A DNA stretch of 64,000 nt from the human T2T-CHM13v2.0 reference genome, Homo sapiens. Where the stretch lies: assembly GCA_009914755.4 (NCBI GenBank), contig CP068257.2:34432001-34496000 (forward strand), in the 5' to 3' direction. This document shows, piece after piece, positions 29,527 through 48,692 of this stretch (the stretch's first letter is position 1; every line of letters begins with the position of its first letter). The notes below the pieces were generated by a model that had not been told where the DNA came from, did no database searches, and saw nothing but the letters and a program-made list of their open reading frames with translations. The position numbers and the translations under genes were made by a program.

Positions 29527-30205
29527 GTGTCAGAATCTATGAATATTTTCTTTGGAAGAAAGATTTTTGCAAATGTAATTAAGGATTTCAAGCTGAGCTC
29601 ATCCTGGATTATCTGGGTGGGCCCTAAATCAATGACAAGTGTCTTTTTACAAAACAGAGAGACAAGGCAGGCATATGAAGACAGGTTGATTAGAGGGATG
29701 TGGCCGTAGCCCCAAGCCAAGGAAAGCCTGCAGCCCACAAAAGCTGGAAGAGTCAAGGAAAGATTTCTCTCTAGAGACTTTGGAGGGAATGCAGCTATAC
29801 TGACAGCTTGATTTCAGAATTCTGGCCTCCAGAACTATGAGAGTAAATCTCCGTTGTAAGTCACCAAGTTTGGGGTTATCTGTTTCATTTTGTTTTGTTT
29901 TTTGAGACGAAGTCTCGCTCTGTTGCCCAGGCTGGAGTGCAGTGATGCGATCTCGGCTCACTGAAACCTCTGCCTCCCGGGTTCAAGCTCAGGAGCAGCT
30001 GGGATTACGGACACATACCACCACACCCTGCTAAGTTTTGTATTTTTGTAAAGACGGGGTTTCACCATGTTGGCCAGGCTGGTCTCAAACTCCAGACCTC
30101 AAGTGATCCACCTGCCTTGGCCTCCCAGAGTGCTGGGATTACAGGCATGAGCCACCACGCCCGCCCGGATCATGTGTTATGGCAGCCCTAGGAAAGTGAA
30201 ACAGA
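29527..30205 (+). mobile_element. Ancient LTR-like interspersed repeat (family uncertain; 'ttctggcctccagaactatgagagtaaat' type), split by Alu 29886-30168
   Basis: tgcaaatgtaattaaggatttcaagctgagctcatcctggattatctgggtgggccctaaatcaatgacaagtgtc...gcttgatttcagaattctggcctccagaactatgagagtaaatc is a very common human repeat. Confidence 0.5.
29886..30168 (-). mobile_element. Alu SINE with small internal deletion
   Basis: T-rich...GAGACGAAGTCTCGCTC...CACGCCCGCCCGG. Confidence 0.9.
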
Positions 30206-30829
30206 AACCCGAACATAAGCAGATATCCTGTGACTGAAATTAACCCTCCAACAACTTCCCACTCTGGCCTTAGCTAACTATGAACCTCTCTGCTCACTCA
30301 TACAGAAGGGCTTCCAATTTTTACCCAGTTCTCTGGAGCCTAGAAGCAAAAAGCTATGACAACCTTTTTCTTGATCCGGCAGCAGACTCATCCACCTTGT
30401 CTCAGAGCAGCAGTGGCAGCAGCAGCCGCGTGCCTGAAGCCCTCTGTCGCCTTACCCCTGGAGCCTCCTTTAACATAGGGCCCTCCGGCTGCACAGTTTT
30501 TGCTGCTCACTGAAAATAGTCAACATTTCTGAGAAAACTGATTCACCTCCCGAGACATTAGAACGAGATCTCAAATGCCTAGAACAACTGACTGCTGTAC
30601 GTGTCTTCACGTTTTTGTTCCTTACATACCTTTGTTTTTAGTTACTTTCGTTCCTTATTTACCTTTGTTTTTTTTTGTTTGTTTTTTTTCCCTTTCTCTG
30701 CTGGTTTAAGGTTCTGGATTGCAAATAGCTACTTGTTATCTCCTAACTATGTCACCCATGTGGGCCCCTGTTCCTAATACTGCCTTTGTACTACCCCTCG
30801 TGACTCCATGGCTTAAACATAATTTAACC

Positions 30830-31295
30830 AACCATTGGAATTATGTCCACATTTGATATGTTTTGGATCTATGTCCCCACCCAAATCTCATGTCAATAAT
30901 CCTCCCAGTGCTGGAGGTGGGTCCTCGTGGGACTGATTGGATCATGGGGGCGGGTTCCCATGAATGGGTTAGCGCCATCCCCCCAGTGTTGTCTCGTGAT
31001 AGAGTTCTCATGAGATCTGGCTGTTTAAAAGTGTGCGGCCTCTCCTCCCTTTCTTTCTTCCTTCTACTCTAGCCATGTAAGTTGTACCTGCTTCCCCTTT
31101 GCCTTCCGCCACGATTGTAAATTTCCTGAGGCCTCCCCAGCCATGCTTCCTGAACAGCCTGTGGAACTGTGAGCCAATTAAACCTCTTTTATTTGTAAGT
31201 TACCCAGTCTCAGAAATTGCTTTACAGCAGGGAGAGAATGGACTGATACAACATCCCTTTGAGCATTTCCCAGTTTCCATTAGTACTGATCCCTT
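30830..31295 (+). mobile_element. THE1/MST-family MaLR LTR
   Basis: gttttggatctatgtccccacccaaatctcatgtcaataatcctcccagtgctggaggtgggtcctcgtgggactgattggatcatggggg...ccaattaaacctcttttatttgtaagttacccagtctcag is the THE1/MST consensus pattern. Confidence 0.8.
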
Positions 31296-31751
31296 GTAGT
31301 GAATCAGTTGGTTGTATAAACGGCAAATACTATAACAAGCCAGATGGCCAAAAACCAAGTACTCTTTATAACGTCATGCAAAAAAGTGGGAATTTTCTGT
31401 CTCCGTTAAAATGAAACTTGGGTATCCTTTCATAGAAATTAGCACTTCAACCAAACTTACTAATAGAGCTTGTAAGCAACCAACTGATATGGGACTAACT
31501 GTACAAGTAAAAGATTCTGCTTTTACACAGATGCTTTAAGGAAGGTTTCTACTTACGCTTAGTCTCCTTGACTATGGAACTATGTGCTGATGTCTGCATT
31601 TCACTGTCTGGTGCTGGAATAGACTTGTATTGACTTGTGTCAAAGCTGTAGGACAATTACACAACATCATGGGGTATTTTGGCAAACAATGGAACTTTGG
31701 GTGGCCTCCAGTGACTGATAGTGGATTTATGCTACAAAAGCTTATTGGCTA

Positions 31752-32240
<489 letters not shown>

Positions 32241-32605
32241 TTAAAACCCTAAATCTTAACCTTTGAGGAACAATTCCGTGCTGCTTTATTCTGTCTTCAG
32301 GCATACCTATTTCACACTTTACAGAAGGCCCAAAAAGTGGCTCAAAAAAACCCTACGTGTCTTGGTTCAGAGACTGACAGAGAACTAGGGAGTGTGATTA
32401 AAGCCAGAGGTCTCCTTGCCTAAGAAATTCACAGGACTGGATTGACAGTGGGTTAAAAAGAGTCATTCTAGACATACTACTGCCTTCTCAAGGCAGAACA
32501 GGCACCTTCTTAGAGAATGTTAAACTTCCATCCTACAGTCTTTTCTATGATCTTTAATATTATAGAGATCTGGGAAATAAAGGCATTAGAAAATTCAGCA
32601 ATTTG

Positions 32606-32947
32606 GGCTGGGTGTGGTGGCTCATGCCTGTAATTCCAGCACTTTGGGAGGCCCTGGTGGGCAATCACCTGAGGTCAGGCGTTCAAGACCAGCCTGTCCA
32701 ATATAGTGGAACCCCATCTCTACTAAAAAAATACAAAAGTTAGGAGATAACACCTGGCTAATTTTGTATTGTTTTTAAGTAGAGATGGTGTAGTGCACGA
32801 CTGCAGCCCCAGCTCCTTGGGAGGCTGAGGCAGGAGAATCGCTTGAACCTGGGAGGTGAAGTTTGCAGTGAGCCTAGATCACACCATTGCACTCCAGCCT
32901 GGGCAACAGATTGAGACTCTGTCTCAAAAAAAAAACAGAAAAAAAAG
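32606..32947 (+). mobile_element. Alu SINE with ~45-bp internal insertion/rearrangement, TSD GAAAATTCAGYAAT
   Basis: GGCTGGGTGTGGTGGCTCATGCC...[ttaggagataacacctggctaattttgtattgtttttaagtagagatggtgtagtgcacgac]...polyA. Confidence 0.9.
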
Positions 32948-34078
32948 AAAATTCAGTAATCTGGTCGATATTCCCACATCCAGTTCTTTGGGCTCTTCAA
33001 ACAGAGCAGATAGTATCTGCTTTCTTGGCTTAAATTGTGCAAATTTGGTTCCTGGCTGAGAAGTAGACTCCAAACAGTTCTTCAGTGTTGCAGTGATCAA
33101 ACATGTACTTCTACAGAATCATAAATGTTGCCACACAGCTGCTATTTTATCAATGATCTTATTGACAAAAACAAGAAGACCTAATATCTACTGAAACTGA
33201 AGTGACTTCCAACCATGAATATTCCATCCAGTGCTGTAAGTCAAAGTTGTTTTCTCTTCCATAGATGTGGTTGAAATATGATTCAAAAATTATGTCTCAG
33301 AAATAGAAAAGTGAAGAAATTATAACTTGTCAAGCAGATTAATTATATAGAGACCACAGACTTAAAATCCAGATAGATTGGTTCAAATTCAAACACCTTG
33401 AGTGTCAGTTTGTTCGGTGGAGTCATGTTTTAGAAAGATAAGCTCATAAACTGTTCAAATACAAACAACGTTAGCACCTCTCCTAGTTTACAAATTCTGA
33501 CCAACCATAATGTAAACCTCAATTATAAACTTCTGCTCTAAGATCACCCTATGACTAACCATCCAAACATAAAACCTCGTAGCTCAAGACCCTGGGGGAG
33601 TCTATTGGGTGGAATTATTCAGCCAGTGGCTCCCTTGCTTAGTAAGTTTCTAATAAAGTTAGCTTCTTTTTTTTTTTTTTTTTTTTTTAATAATCAGGTT
33701 TTTCTGGTGGTCTTACATGAGTCTTTGAAAGCTCATTCTGTAATATTCAGGAAGCAGTAAAGAAGTCTTTTTATACCCTTGAACTTGCTTTCTTTCCTAC
33801 TGTTTATAGCCAATGATTCTGGGATAGAGAATTTAAGAATAGCGATGTTGTTTGTTCAAATTACATATTCCCTTACTTTCCCCAATCTCCAACAAGATCC
33901 TGCCATGCAACCCAAAACTCAGAAGCACAACTGCAGTAAGCCAGTGCCAGTGAAGGAGGTAAGTTGCTTCTCCAAGTAGTGCTAGAGAAAGTGTTGAAAA
34001 CATTGGCCATGTTGAAATTATCCATGCAAAACCATGTTAAGTTGGAGATATGACAATAAGTTAGTATAACATTTGCTG

Positions 34079-34455
<377 letters not shown>

Positions 34456-34788
34456 CTATGCCATGTGATATCACCTGCTTTCTCACTAGGTGAGGGCTTG
34501 GTGGGGGTGGTCAAGGAAGAACACATCAGGGAGAAGCACCAGAGGTAGCAAGGTCACAGGTGTGGGGCCTGGAAGCGTCATCGCTGCTCACATCATTAGT
34601 GCTGCTGGTGCTGGTCCTCACCCCAACCCCATGTCTGAGCTCAGGAGAACTAGAGCCCCGCCGTCCCTCCTGTGCCTCCACTTCATGCTAGAGGCCTTAA
34701 AGGACTGCAACCACAAGAAACACAAACAGGCCCCTGGCAGGGCTGGTCTTTGGACAATTGTGAAAGACACAAAAGAAGACAGCTTCTA

Positions 34789-35261
<473 letters not shown>

Positions 35262-35294
35262 AAGACAGCTTCTGGGACTCTCACAATGCAGTGA

Positions 35295-35558
<264 letters not shown>

Positions 35559-36055
35559 TGACAAAGAAAATTATAGAACTCCTAATCCTCTTTGGCCAAT
35601 ATGAACTGAAGCTTCAGAACAAAGTTCCAGGCCTCCCAAAAAGTCTTGATCCAGCCTGTTGCCATTTTAATCCAAAACGCACTATGGTTATAGCATTGCA
35701 GCTGGGATGGAGTAATTGTATCCTCAGAATCAGGAGCAGTTGTATGCAAGGGCTTCAAACTTACTCAATAGCAGAATTTGTGTAGGTGATTTGAATACTT
35801 AGGGTCACTTGAGATCAGTGCCATCAAGACCAGCTTTTGGGAGATCTCAGTCTCCCAAGCAGTTGTCCCTCACAAGAAACTCCATGCCAAGGGCAGATTG
35901 CTCCCTGTTCAGATGGAAAACATCAAGCACTCACACTCAGAGCTCATCAGCTGCTGGCTTCAGCTTGAGCAAGAAGTCTTCAGTGTCCCAGCAGGTGATA
36001 TCTCACTACCAACTTGCTGTGCACAGATTTGCTGCTGCTCTATCAAGATGCACAG

Positions 36056-36245
36056 GCCAGGCTGGGTGTTGTGTGGCTCACACCTATAATCCTAGCCCTG
36101 TTGGGAGGCCAAAGCAGAAGGATTGTATGAACCCAGGAGTTCAAGACCAGCCTGGGCAACACAGCAAGACCTCGTCTCTAAAAACAAAGACAAAAACAAA
36201 AAAAAAACTAGCCAGACATGGTAGCATGTACCCATAGTCCCCACC
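36056..36245 (+). mobile_element. Truncated Alu/FLAM-like element
   Basis: ggccaggctgggtgttgtgtggctcacacctataatcctagccctgttgggaggcc... Confidence 0.8.
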
Positions 36246-36569
36246 CCCCCCGAAAAAAATGCACAGACCAACTAGAATCCAAGGATAACCATTCTGACAT
36301 TCATGGGTCCCATCTCTAACAGCTACTTCACCACATACCAGAGACACCAAGGGTTCCCTCAGCCCAGGTCTCCATGCCAACCAGGCTCAAGTTTTAAACC
36401 CTAGAAATTAGGTTCTCTAGGGCCAACGAGAGACTAGGGATAAAACCTAGAGCTAAAATCCAGGTCCCAGCTGTGCTGGCCTCTGCCAAGGATTCTTCAG
36501 GCTTCCCTGCTTCTTCATCGTCAGGATCCCTAATCCTACAATCAGTAGCCAGTGCCTTTGTCCACTGCC

Positions 36570-36713
36570 ACGCCCAGCTAATTTTTGTATTTTTAATAGA
36601 TATGGGGTTTCACCATGTTGGCTAGGCTGGTCTCGAACTCCTGACTTCAGACAATCTGTCCCCCTCGGCCTCCCAAAGTGCTGGGATTACAGGCATGAGC
36701 TACCATGCCCAGC
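36570..36713 (-). mobile_element. Alu fragment (minus)
   Basis: ccacgcccagctaatttttgtatttttaatagatatggggtttcaccatgttggctaggctggtctcgaactcctgac... Confidence 0.85.
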
Positions 36714-38395
<1,682 letters not shown>

Positions 38396-39662
38396 GAGTG
38401 AGATTCTCTGCCTCAGATTTGATCCACGGCCATCCTTTCTTAAGTTACTAAGGCACACATTAGGCTTGGCCTCAGCCAGCCCCCTAGTGGTACAGCTCAT
38501 GCCCCCAAGAGTCCCCTACTCTTCTCCTACATCACACGGGGACACTGGAGTTGTTCCCAGGGTGTATCCTTGGTCTGGGTCATTTTCTGTGTTGAGATGA
38601 CATCATGGCCGGCAAACAAAGACAGTGTTATCTGTTGCTCTTTTTATGCAATGCCAAGTACCAGCCTACCCAAGCCTCCATCCTACTGCCAGCCAGCGTG
38701 GAAAGGCCTCATTGGCATTCAGCACCAGGCTTCCAGACACTCAGGCACCCAACAGTTGCCACCATACCTCAGCTGCCTGCCCTTTCACACAGAGGAGGGT
38801 GGGCAAGTGAGAGCTCATGTTTCCCACCAAGGAAGGGATTTATCAGGCAGTGGGAGAGGGAGAAGCTTAAGAGAAGAAGAGACTAGAAGTTTCCCTCTCC
38901 TCCAGTCCCTCATTCGACAATCTCTGCAACCTTCAGAGAATGGCTCCTCTGTTCCTGAATGCTGAATAGTTAGTGGATGACTGGACATTTCTCAGAGAGC
39001 TCGTGGCCCTCTGCTAGCTGCCCTCAGGAGGATCTGGGGCCTGCCAGAGTTAGCTATAAAGGGATGCTGGGTTTTGGAAGGAAGAAGAAACAGCTCTCCT
39101 CCATAAGGAAAGGTCCTAAAACTGCTCAGGGATGGAGAGGCAACCTGGCTGGGCCTGGCCTTCCCCCACACAGGGCACCAGGCATGTGACTGAGATTATC
39201 TTGGACCCTCCAGCCCACCCCAGCCACCAATAAATATCACCAAGAAATTCCAATGAACACCACATGAAGCAAAAGAACTGATCATCTATGTCCTGCCCGA
39301 ATTCCCTGACCCACAGAAGCATAAGAATAGTTGTCATTTTAAGCCAATATATTTTGGGGTAATTTGTTACGTAGTAACAGACAGCTAGAACCCCTGACCA
39401 ATATAACTCTCAATAGGAAATGGGCAAATACCTTAAACAGATAATTCACGATAGAAGAAATATTGACTACTGAGAATATGAAGAAATTATTTCCCAAATT
39501 CATTATTAATAATAAACTGAAACAAACAGACTATGTGTCAACTTGGGAAGTTTGTGTTTTTGTTTTTAATACCTGGTATTTGCAAGACTGTGGTAGAAGT
39601 GCTATTTTCTTGTACTCCTGATACTATGGTTTTAATTTTTGTTCCTTCTAAAACTCATGTTA

Positions 39663-39950
<288 letters not shown>

Positions 39951-40285
39951 ACCCCCAGTGTGGCAGTACTGAGAGGTGGGGCCTTTAAGAGGTGATTGGC
40001 TCATGGCCCTGCGCCATGAGTGGATTAATCCATCCATGGACTAATGGGTTATCACAGGAGTCGGATTGGAAGCTTTATAAGAGGAAAAGGGACCTGAGCT
40101 AGCATGCTCACCCCTCTCAGCACTCTACAGAGAGTCTCCACCAGCAAGTAGGCAGATGCACCCCTTTGACCTTGTACTTCCCAGCCTCCAGAACTATAAG
40201 AAATAAATTGGTTCTTTATAAATTACCCACTATCAGATACTCTCTTATAAGCAATGGAAAATGGATTAAGATACCTGACTATGAA
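39951..40285 (+). mobile_element. Ancient LTR-like interspersed repeat ('cttcccagcctccagaactataagaaataaat' type, family uncertain)
   Basis: gtggggcctttaagaggtgattggctcatg...cttcccagcctccagaactataagaaataaattggttctttataaattacccactatc recognisable common repeat. Confidence 0.5.
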
Positions 40286-40290
40286 TATGT

Positions 40291-40612
40291 CTGGTTTTTT
40301 TCTTTTTTTTTTGAAACAGGGTCTCACTCTGTAACTTAGGCCTAGAGTACAGTGGACACAATCACAGCTCACTGCAGCCTCAAAATCCTGGGCTCAAGGG
40401 ATCCTCCTATCTCAGCACCCAGAGTAGATGGAACTACAGGCACACACCACCACAGTGGCCTATTTTTTTTTTTTTTTTTTTTTTTACTTTTTGCAGCAAT
40501 AGAGGTCTTGCTATATTGTCTAGACTGGTCTGAAACTCCTGTCCTCAAGCAATCCTCCTGCCTTGGCCTTCTTTAAGCACTGGGATTACAAGTGTAAGCC
40601 ACCATGCCTGGC
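40291..40612 (-). mobile_element. AluJ-like SINE
   Basis: T-rich...GAAACAGGGTCTCACTCTGTAAC...CCATGCCTGGCC. Confidence 0.9.
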
Positions 40613-40961
40613 CCAAATACAAGTCTTTATGAAGAATTTTCTCAACAGGCTTCAGCAGCCTTAGATTTTTTTTATATACATATATACACTGTGACTGTTA
40701 ATTCTACTTCCAGGAGTTTATCCTCCCACAGAAATAATCAGATGTGCATAATGCTTTATAGACACAATAATCCCTGATACACAATTAACCAGAAGAGAAA
40801 ACTGGACACAACTTAAGAGTCCAAAAATATAGCAGTCATTAAATTGCAGCACGTCACACAATGAAGTATTTTGCCAATATTAAAAATGTTTAAGAAACTT
40901 ATAAAATTATAGGTGAATTTTATTTCCTTTATAGGTTATTTTTCCTCTGAAACTTTTTTCT

Positions 40962-41282
<321 letters not shown>

Positions 41283-41520
41283 AAAACATTTTCTAATTAC
41301 AAAAATTGTATGCATCATAAAGCTTTAAACTTGCTTTTCAAGACAAAAGAAGAAATTTTGAAGAAACAAACCGCTACAAAAGCAAAAATAATGGTAGGAA
41401 ACGTGTAGATTAAGAGATACAGTGTATGCACCTTATTTAGATCTTAATGCAAATAAAATGTATTTTAAAAATGAGATAATTGTGGAAATTTAAATACTGG
41501 CTGGATATTTGATTAAGAGT

Positions 41521-41846
<326 letters not shown>

Positions 41847-42022
41847 TGAAATAATGATATTTTAGTTCCACTTTTAACAAGAGTTATACCTTACAGATTA
41901 ACACACACACCCCTCCCAATAAGACTGGTAGACATTTCACCATGAGTATTTGAGGAGAAAGTGGGGATGGACCTGAGAAAGAAGACAGTAAAAGTGTTTC
42001 CCAATGAGAAATAAAAAAATTC

Positions 42023-42438
<416 letters not shown>

Positions 42439-43476
42439 TCATTATACCTACTCTCTCGCTAACAGTACTTAGGTTTTCTTCCATAAGGACTAAACAGAAA
42501 CCAGTCTTTGCAAAAGACTACTAGCTCAACTTCCCAGGCACAGAACAAGGACAAGATGAAACTAATCATTCCTTCATCCCTCCCCAAGACTCAGCCTTTT
42601 CTATTTCCTATTTCTCCAAATCTTCACCTTATCTTACGTAAAATGTTGATTTCCTGGGCACTAACTAAAGTCTTACAAGTATGTAATCATTTGCCTCACT
42701 GCTGCCCCCAACCCCTTTTTTTTAAGGAAAATGTAATAAATACTAAATCTTTTAAGAACCTCCTTGGAAAAACCAGCCACTGATTCTATGACTCGTGTTT
42801 TTCCCCTGTGCATCCTCAAGCTGGCTCAATAAACCTTGGTGGTTTGAGACTTAGTGCCTCAGTCACTCATTTTGGTTGTAATTTTGGTAACCATGAAGGG
42901 ATTACGGAGAAGAGATTAGCTCCTTTGACCTGCAGCAATTCTCCTTCCAACAAGAGATTCCCTCTGACTATGCAAATTGCAAAGGTTCAGAAGCTTGCTC
43001 TCTCTCCTGAGGTTCCCTGATCTCCTGAAATTTTTGGTTTGAGATTCAAGGTTTATTTTGCCAGGAAACTCCTCTAGAAAAGGAGTTTGCTCACTTCCAA
43101 TAACGAAGGTGAGTTTGCTGCTTCCATGCCAACAAAGAGCAGTCTTCAGCTTGGGCTCCATCTCCAGGCAAGGAAGTGGTTTGGGATTTCATTTGGGGAT
43201 TTGGTAGTTGAAGGTCAAGGTTTACTGACAACTGGCTATAACTTCTCCTTTATACTCAGAGGTCCCAGCAATATGTAAATTTTGCTATTGCTTTTTCTGT
43301 TTTTTTTGTTTCAGTCCATCTTCTGTTAGATTTGACCAATTCTTACCACATCTCCATGTTGATTAAAACCCCTGCAGCTGCAGAAAATCAAGTTTCAACC
43401 CTAGGAACACTGGCTGGTTAAGATAAATCAATATTTTACCCTCCCAAAAAATTTTTAAAATTATTTTACCCCCACA

Positions 43477-43486
<10 letters not shown>

Positions 43487-43530
<44 letters not shown>
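43487..43530. repeat. (TA)n microsatellite (~22 units) abutting polyT of Alu
   Basis: atatatatatat... run. Confidence 0.95.
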
Positions 43531-43543
<13 letters not shown>

Positions 43544-43766
43544 GAGACAGACTCTTCTCAAAGAGAAGAGGCTACAGTTGTCCAGGCCAGAGTCCAGTGG
43601 TGCATCTCAGCTCACTTCAGCCTTGACTTCCCAGGCTCAGGTGGTTCTCCCACATCAACCTCCCCAGTAGTTTGGACTACAGGTGCATGCCACCATGTCA
43701 GGCTAATTTTTTGTATTTGTGGTAGAAATGGGGTTTCACTATGTTGCCCAGGCTGGCCAAAATATA
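43531..43766 (-). mobile_element. Diverged/truncated Alu
   Basis: polyT GAGACAGACTCTTCTC...actacaggtgcatgccaccatgtcaggctaatttt... Confidence 0.8.
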
Positions 43767-44138
43767 TATCTTTGACATATTTTAAAGTAGCCCTGCCAGA
43801 CTTTCTCTAGCCTGAATCTAGGAAAGGTTAGCTAAGGTCTTCATTCTGAAGGTTCCCTTGTACACATGTTAAATAAATGTGCATGCCTTTCCTACTCATC
43901 ATCTGCTTCACACCAGTGATTTTTTTCAGTGAACCTTTAGGGGGCCAAGGGCCTATGACTCCTGCAGTGTGGCACAGCAAGCAGAGTGGACAAAGCCATT
44001 CTTCTCTTCTGGAACCCACAGTGAAGAGAACCCAGGAACCTGATCTGCCAGCCAAGAACTAGGAATTTCTCACCAGCCAGGCTCTCTGTGGACTCCAGCT
44101 GGGTGGATGGTAAAAATCACTGTCTCATCTCCAAGGTT

Positions 44139-44459
44139 CTTTTTTTGTTTTGTTTTTGTTTTTGTTTTTGTTTTAGATAGGATCTCACTTCATCACCCAG
44201 GCTGGAGTGCAGTGGCACAAACACAGCTCACTGCAGCCCCGACCTCCAGGGCTCAAGTGATCCTTCCACCTCAGCACCCCCAAGTTGCTGGGACTGCAGA
44301 CATGCACCACCATGCCTAGGTAACATTTTTAGTATTTTTTGTAGAGATGGAGTTTTGACATGTTGCCAAGCCTGATCTCAAACTCCTGGGCTCAAGTGAT
44401 TCTCCTGCCTCAGCCTCCCAAAGTGCTGGGATTGCAGGTGTGAACCACCATGTCCAACC
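44139..44459 (-). mobile_element. AluJ-like SINE
   Basis: T-rich...GATAGGATCTCACTTCATCACCC... Confidence 0.9.
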
Positions 44460-44719
44460 TCATCTGCAAAGTTTTGATTATGGGAAAAAAGGATTTGTGT
44501 AACTAGTCTTGCACTGTGGTGACTCTGCTGTAACTCTGGTATTTTGTGTTATGAGTATTCACATCATTTGATCCCTTTTCCTCTAATATCCTTTTTTGTT
44601 GCCACTTTGCTTCTTCTTTCTGTGTCCTTCTGTCAGAATGAAACTGACCCAATTATTCCACAGAACTTTACAGTTCACCATCTCATAGATGTTTACAGTT
44701 TCTTTTGAAGAAACATAGA

Positions 44720-45450
44720 AATTTACCTTTCCAATCTTGAAACTTGAGAAAGTTACATTCATCTTATCTGAGTTCCTTTCTCAAGAAATCAGCCATCAGG
44801 TCTCCCAGATAGAATCAAAGAATTGAAACTCATCGGATCACCACACCTGAATAATGAAATGTCATACCTCTCTCCCTTTATGATTGACTGACCCACCACC
44901 TGCTGCCTGTTGACCAAGGTCCCTTTCCTACCCCTTCCTAATTCCTGTTTTCCTGCATGTTGTTACATTTCTGCTGTATAAACTCCTATCTTTAGTGAGT
45001 GAGGAGACAGATTTGAGACTGATCTCCCATCTCCTCTGCTGCAGCACCCAATTAAAGCCTAGCAATACTGGCTGTCTCAGTGAGCAGCTTTCTGTGCAGT
45101 GAGAAGCGGGACCTAGCCTAAACCTCTAGGGTTTCAGTAACAATAAAAGGGGGTACCATAGGGTAGAATACGAGCCTAGAACTCTTGTAAGCCCCTGTAA
45201 GCCTGCTGTGAAAACGGCACTGCAGCCTGGTCAGTCTTTTGTGGTTCTGACCGGACCAATGTCTGTTAAGACAAACTTTACTGTGGGTCCCTGAAACAAA
45301 AACCAGATGAAGTTTCCCACTCTTCCTGTTTCGTGTCCTTGAGAGCTTCACTTTGTGACTAAGGGGGGATACTCTTAGTCTCTGCCATCCAGAAAATGTG
45401 ATTTTTCGGGTCCTCATCTGATTTTCTGAGGGTCCAAGACACATAATATT
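44720..45450 (+). mobile_element. Unclassified LTR-like dispersed repeat, copy B (with AATTAAAGCC polyA-signal-like motif) plus adjoining ERV-like sequence
   Basis: aaacttgagaaagttacattcatcttatctgagttcctttctcaag...gatttgagactgatctcccatctcctctgctgcagcacccaattaaagcct. Confidence 0.5.
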
Positions 45451-45556
45451 TTAAAAAGCTCACTTTTCACTCTGAACGTATCAGGCTCTTATGGGAGTTT
45501 TGTCTTAAAAGGTCCCATTCCTACAGGGCTTTTGTCATCTTTTGCTATCTTTTTTT

Positions 45557-45866
45557 TATTTTTTATGTTTTATTTTTATTTTTTTTTGAGACGGAGTTTT
45601 GCTCTCGTTGCTCAGGCTGGAGTGCAATGGCGTGACCTCGGCTCACCACAACCACCACCTCCCAGGTTCAAGTGATACCCCTCCTCAGCCTCCCGAGTAG
45701 CTGGGATTACAGGCATGTGCCACCATGCCCAGCTAATTTTGTAGTTTATTAGAGACGGGGTTTCTCCATGTTGGTCAGTCTGGTCTCAAACTCCTGACCT
45801 CAGGTGACCCGCCCACCTCAGCCTCCCAGAGTGCTGGGATTACAGGCGTGAGCCACCGTGCCTGGC
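45557..45866 (-). mobile_element. Alu SINE
   Basis: T-rich...GAGACGGAGTTTTGCTCTCG...CACCGTGCCTGGCC. Confidence 0.95.
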
Positions 45867-46465
45867 CATCTTTTGGTATCTTAAGTCTATTTATAAGAGT
45901 GAATTTTGGGGGATCATGAAGATGCCTCCTCTATACCCTTTTTAGGAATATCTTTTGCTTACATGGTAAAAAACGTGGAAAATTCCCACCTAGGCTTGAA
46001 AGAAGCTTTTGGATTGTGTCACTATTGGAACTAAATAAACCACTGAAAATAAAAAAATGTTAGAGATATCTTATTCCAAGCAATGTCAGGAAGGTACTCC
46101 ATATGGTCTAAAAAGGGGAGGCATGAATAATTTGCCCCTTGTTTAGCATATAATCAAGAAATAACCATAAAAATGGGTAACCAGCAGCCTTCAGGGCTGT
46201 TCTGTCTATGGAGTAGCCATTCTTGATTCCTTTCCTTTCTTAATAAACATGCTTTCACTTTATAGACTCACCCCTAATTCTTTCTTGCACGAGATCCAAG
46301 AATCCTTTCTCAGGGTCTGGATGAGGACCCCTTTCCAGTAACATTGCTGCAAAACCAAAAGACAGTTCAGGAGGTCTTATCAAATCTGCTGTCTCAACTT
46401 CTCCTCAAGAGTCTTACAGATGCTAGTAAACACATTAGGCTAATTAACAAGAAAATGGTGAAGGC

Positions 46466-46773
46466 ATCCAGGATCATGGTGGCTCACATTTGTAATCCCA
46501 GCACTATGGGAGGCCGAGGCAGGCAGATCACTTATGGTTAGGAGTTTGAGACCTGCCTGGGCAACATAGTGAAACCCTGTGTCTACTAAAAATACAAAAA
46601 ATTAGCTGGGTGTGGTGGTGCACACTTGTAATCACAGCTACTCAGGAGGCTGGGGCACAAGAATTCCTTGAGCCCAGGAGATGAAGGTTGCAGCAAGCCA
46701 AGATCACACCACTGCACTCCAGCTTGGGCAACAGAGTGAGACTCTGTCTCCAAAAAAAAAAAAAAAAAAAAAA
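46466..46773 (+). mobile_element. Alu SINE, TSD AAAATGGTGA(A/G)GGC
   Basis: ...atggtggctcacatttgtaatcccagcactatgggaggcc...A26 tail. Confidence 0.95.
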
Positions 46774-46964
46774 TGGTGAGGGCAAAAGGGGGAGTCAAAG
46801 GACTCATCCCAAAAAGGTGGGGATTTTTAAGCAGTTATTTACAAAGTAAGGTAAAACTTAAAAATCATTGATGGGTTGAAACTAAGAGAAAAAAGAAAGG
46901 GCAAATCATGGAACCCATCACAGCAGGGTGGAAATCTTTAGATGGTTATTAAGAAATGAAACGA

Positions 46965-47452
<488 letters not shown>

Positions 47453-48229
47453 ATGAATAAAATGGAAATTGGCACTAAAATAAAGGTCTTAATACAACAC
47501 TATTGAAAGTTGGGTGTTTGTATGAGGGTTTTAAGAAAAAAAAAAGAAAGTTGGGAAACCAAAGAGAGCCCCAGCTGGTCCTCTAACATTTGTCCTCCAA
47601 GGGCCCCAAATCAGTGCCATATTTACCCTAGATTGGAGAGATTTATGAAAAAATATGAGGGCAGAGATTACAATGAGAGAGCTGAAGAATTGCCTGCGAC
47701 AATGTTCATCAAGATAAGATTGATGAAAGGAGCCAGGGTTCCTTGGTTCAGCACCCCTGCTGGGGACTCAAAGCCTTTTTCACCAGGAAGGGTAAAATGG
47801 TCTGGGATTGGACAAGAAAAGGTGCCTGGGACCAGAACATAAAGATGCAAGGGTTGATAGAATTAAGAAAGTTGGAATGTTTCAACAGGTTTTATGTCTG
47901 TGAAAGGAAAATAAAATCTTGGGACCCCAAACTCACTAAGCCAAAGGGAAATGTCAAGCTTGGGAACTGAGTCACACAAAACTGCCTATTTTTGTTCCTA
48001 CAAAGATAAAAGCCCACATCCCTCCCCAGGGGTGCTCTCTCACAATTTGCCCACAAGGAAATTCCTTGCAGGCCCTAAGATCCTTACCCTAAAGCAGTTC
48101 TGTTGAATTTCTCCCTGACAATGTAAGTTAATAGCTTATCTTAGCAAGTAGGGGACAAAGACAGGACCAGAAGTCATCCCTCCACCTACCTGAGACAAAT
48201 GCATATTAATGCAGATTCACTGAGCCTGA

Positions 48230-48692
<463 letters not shown>
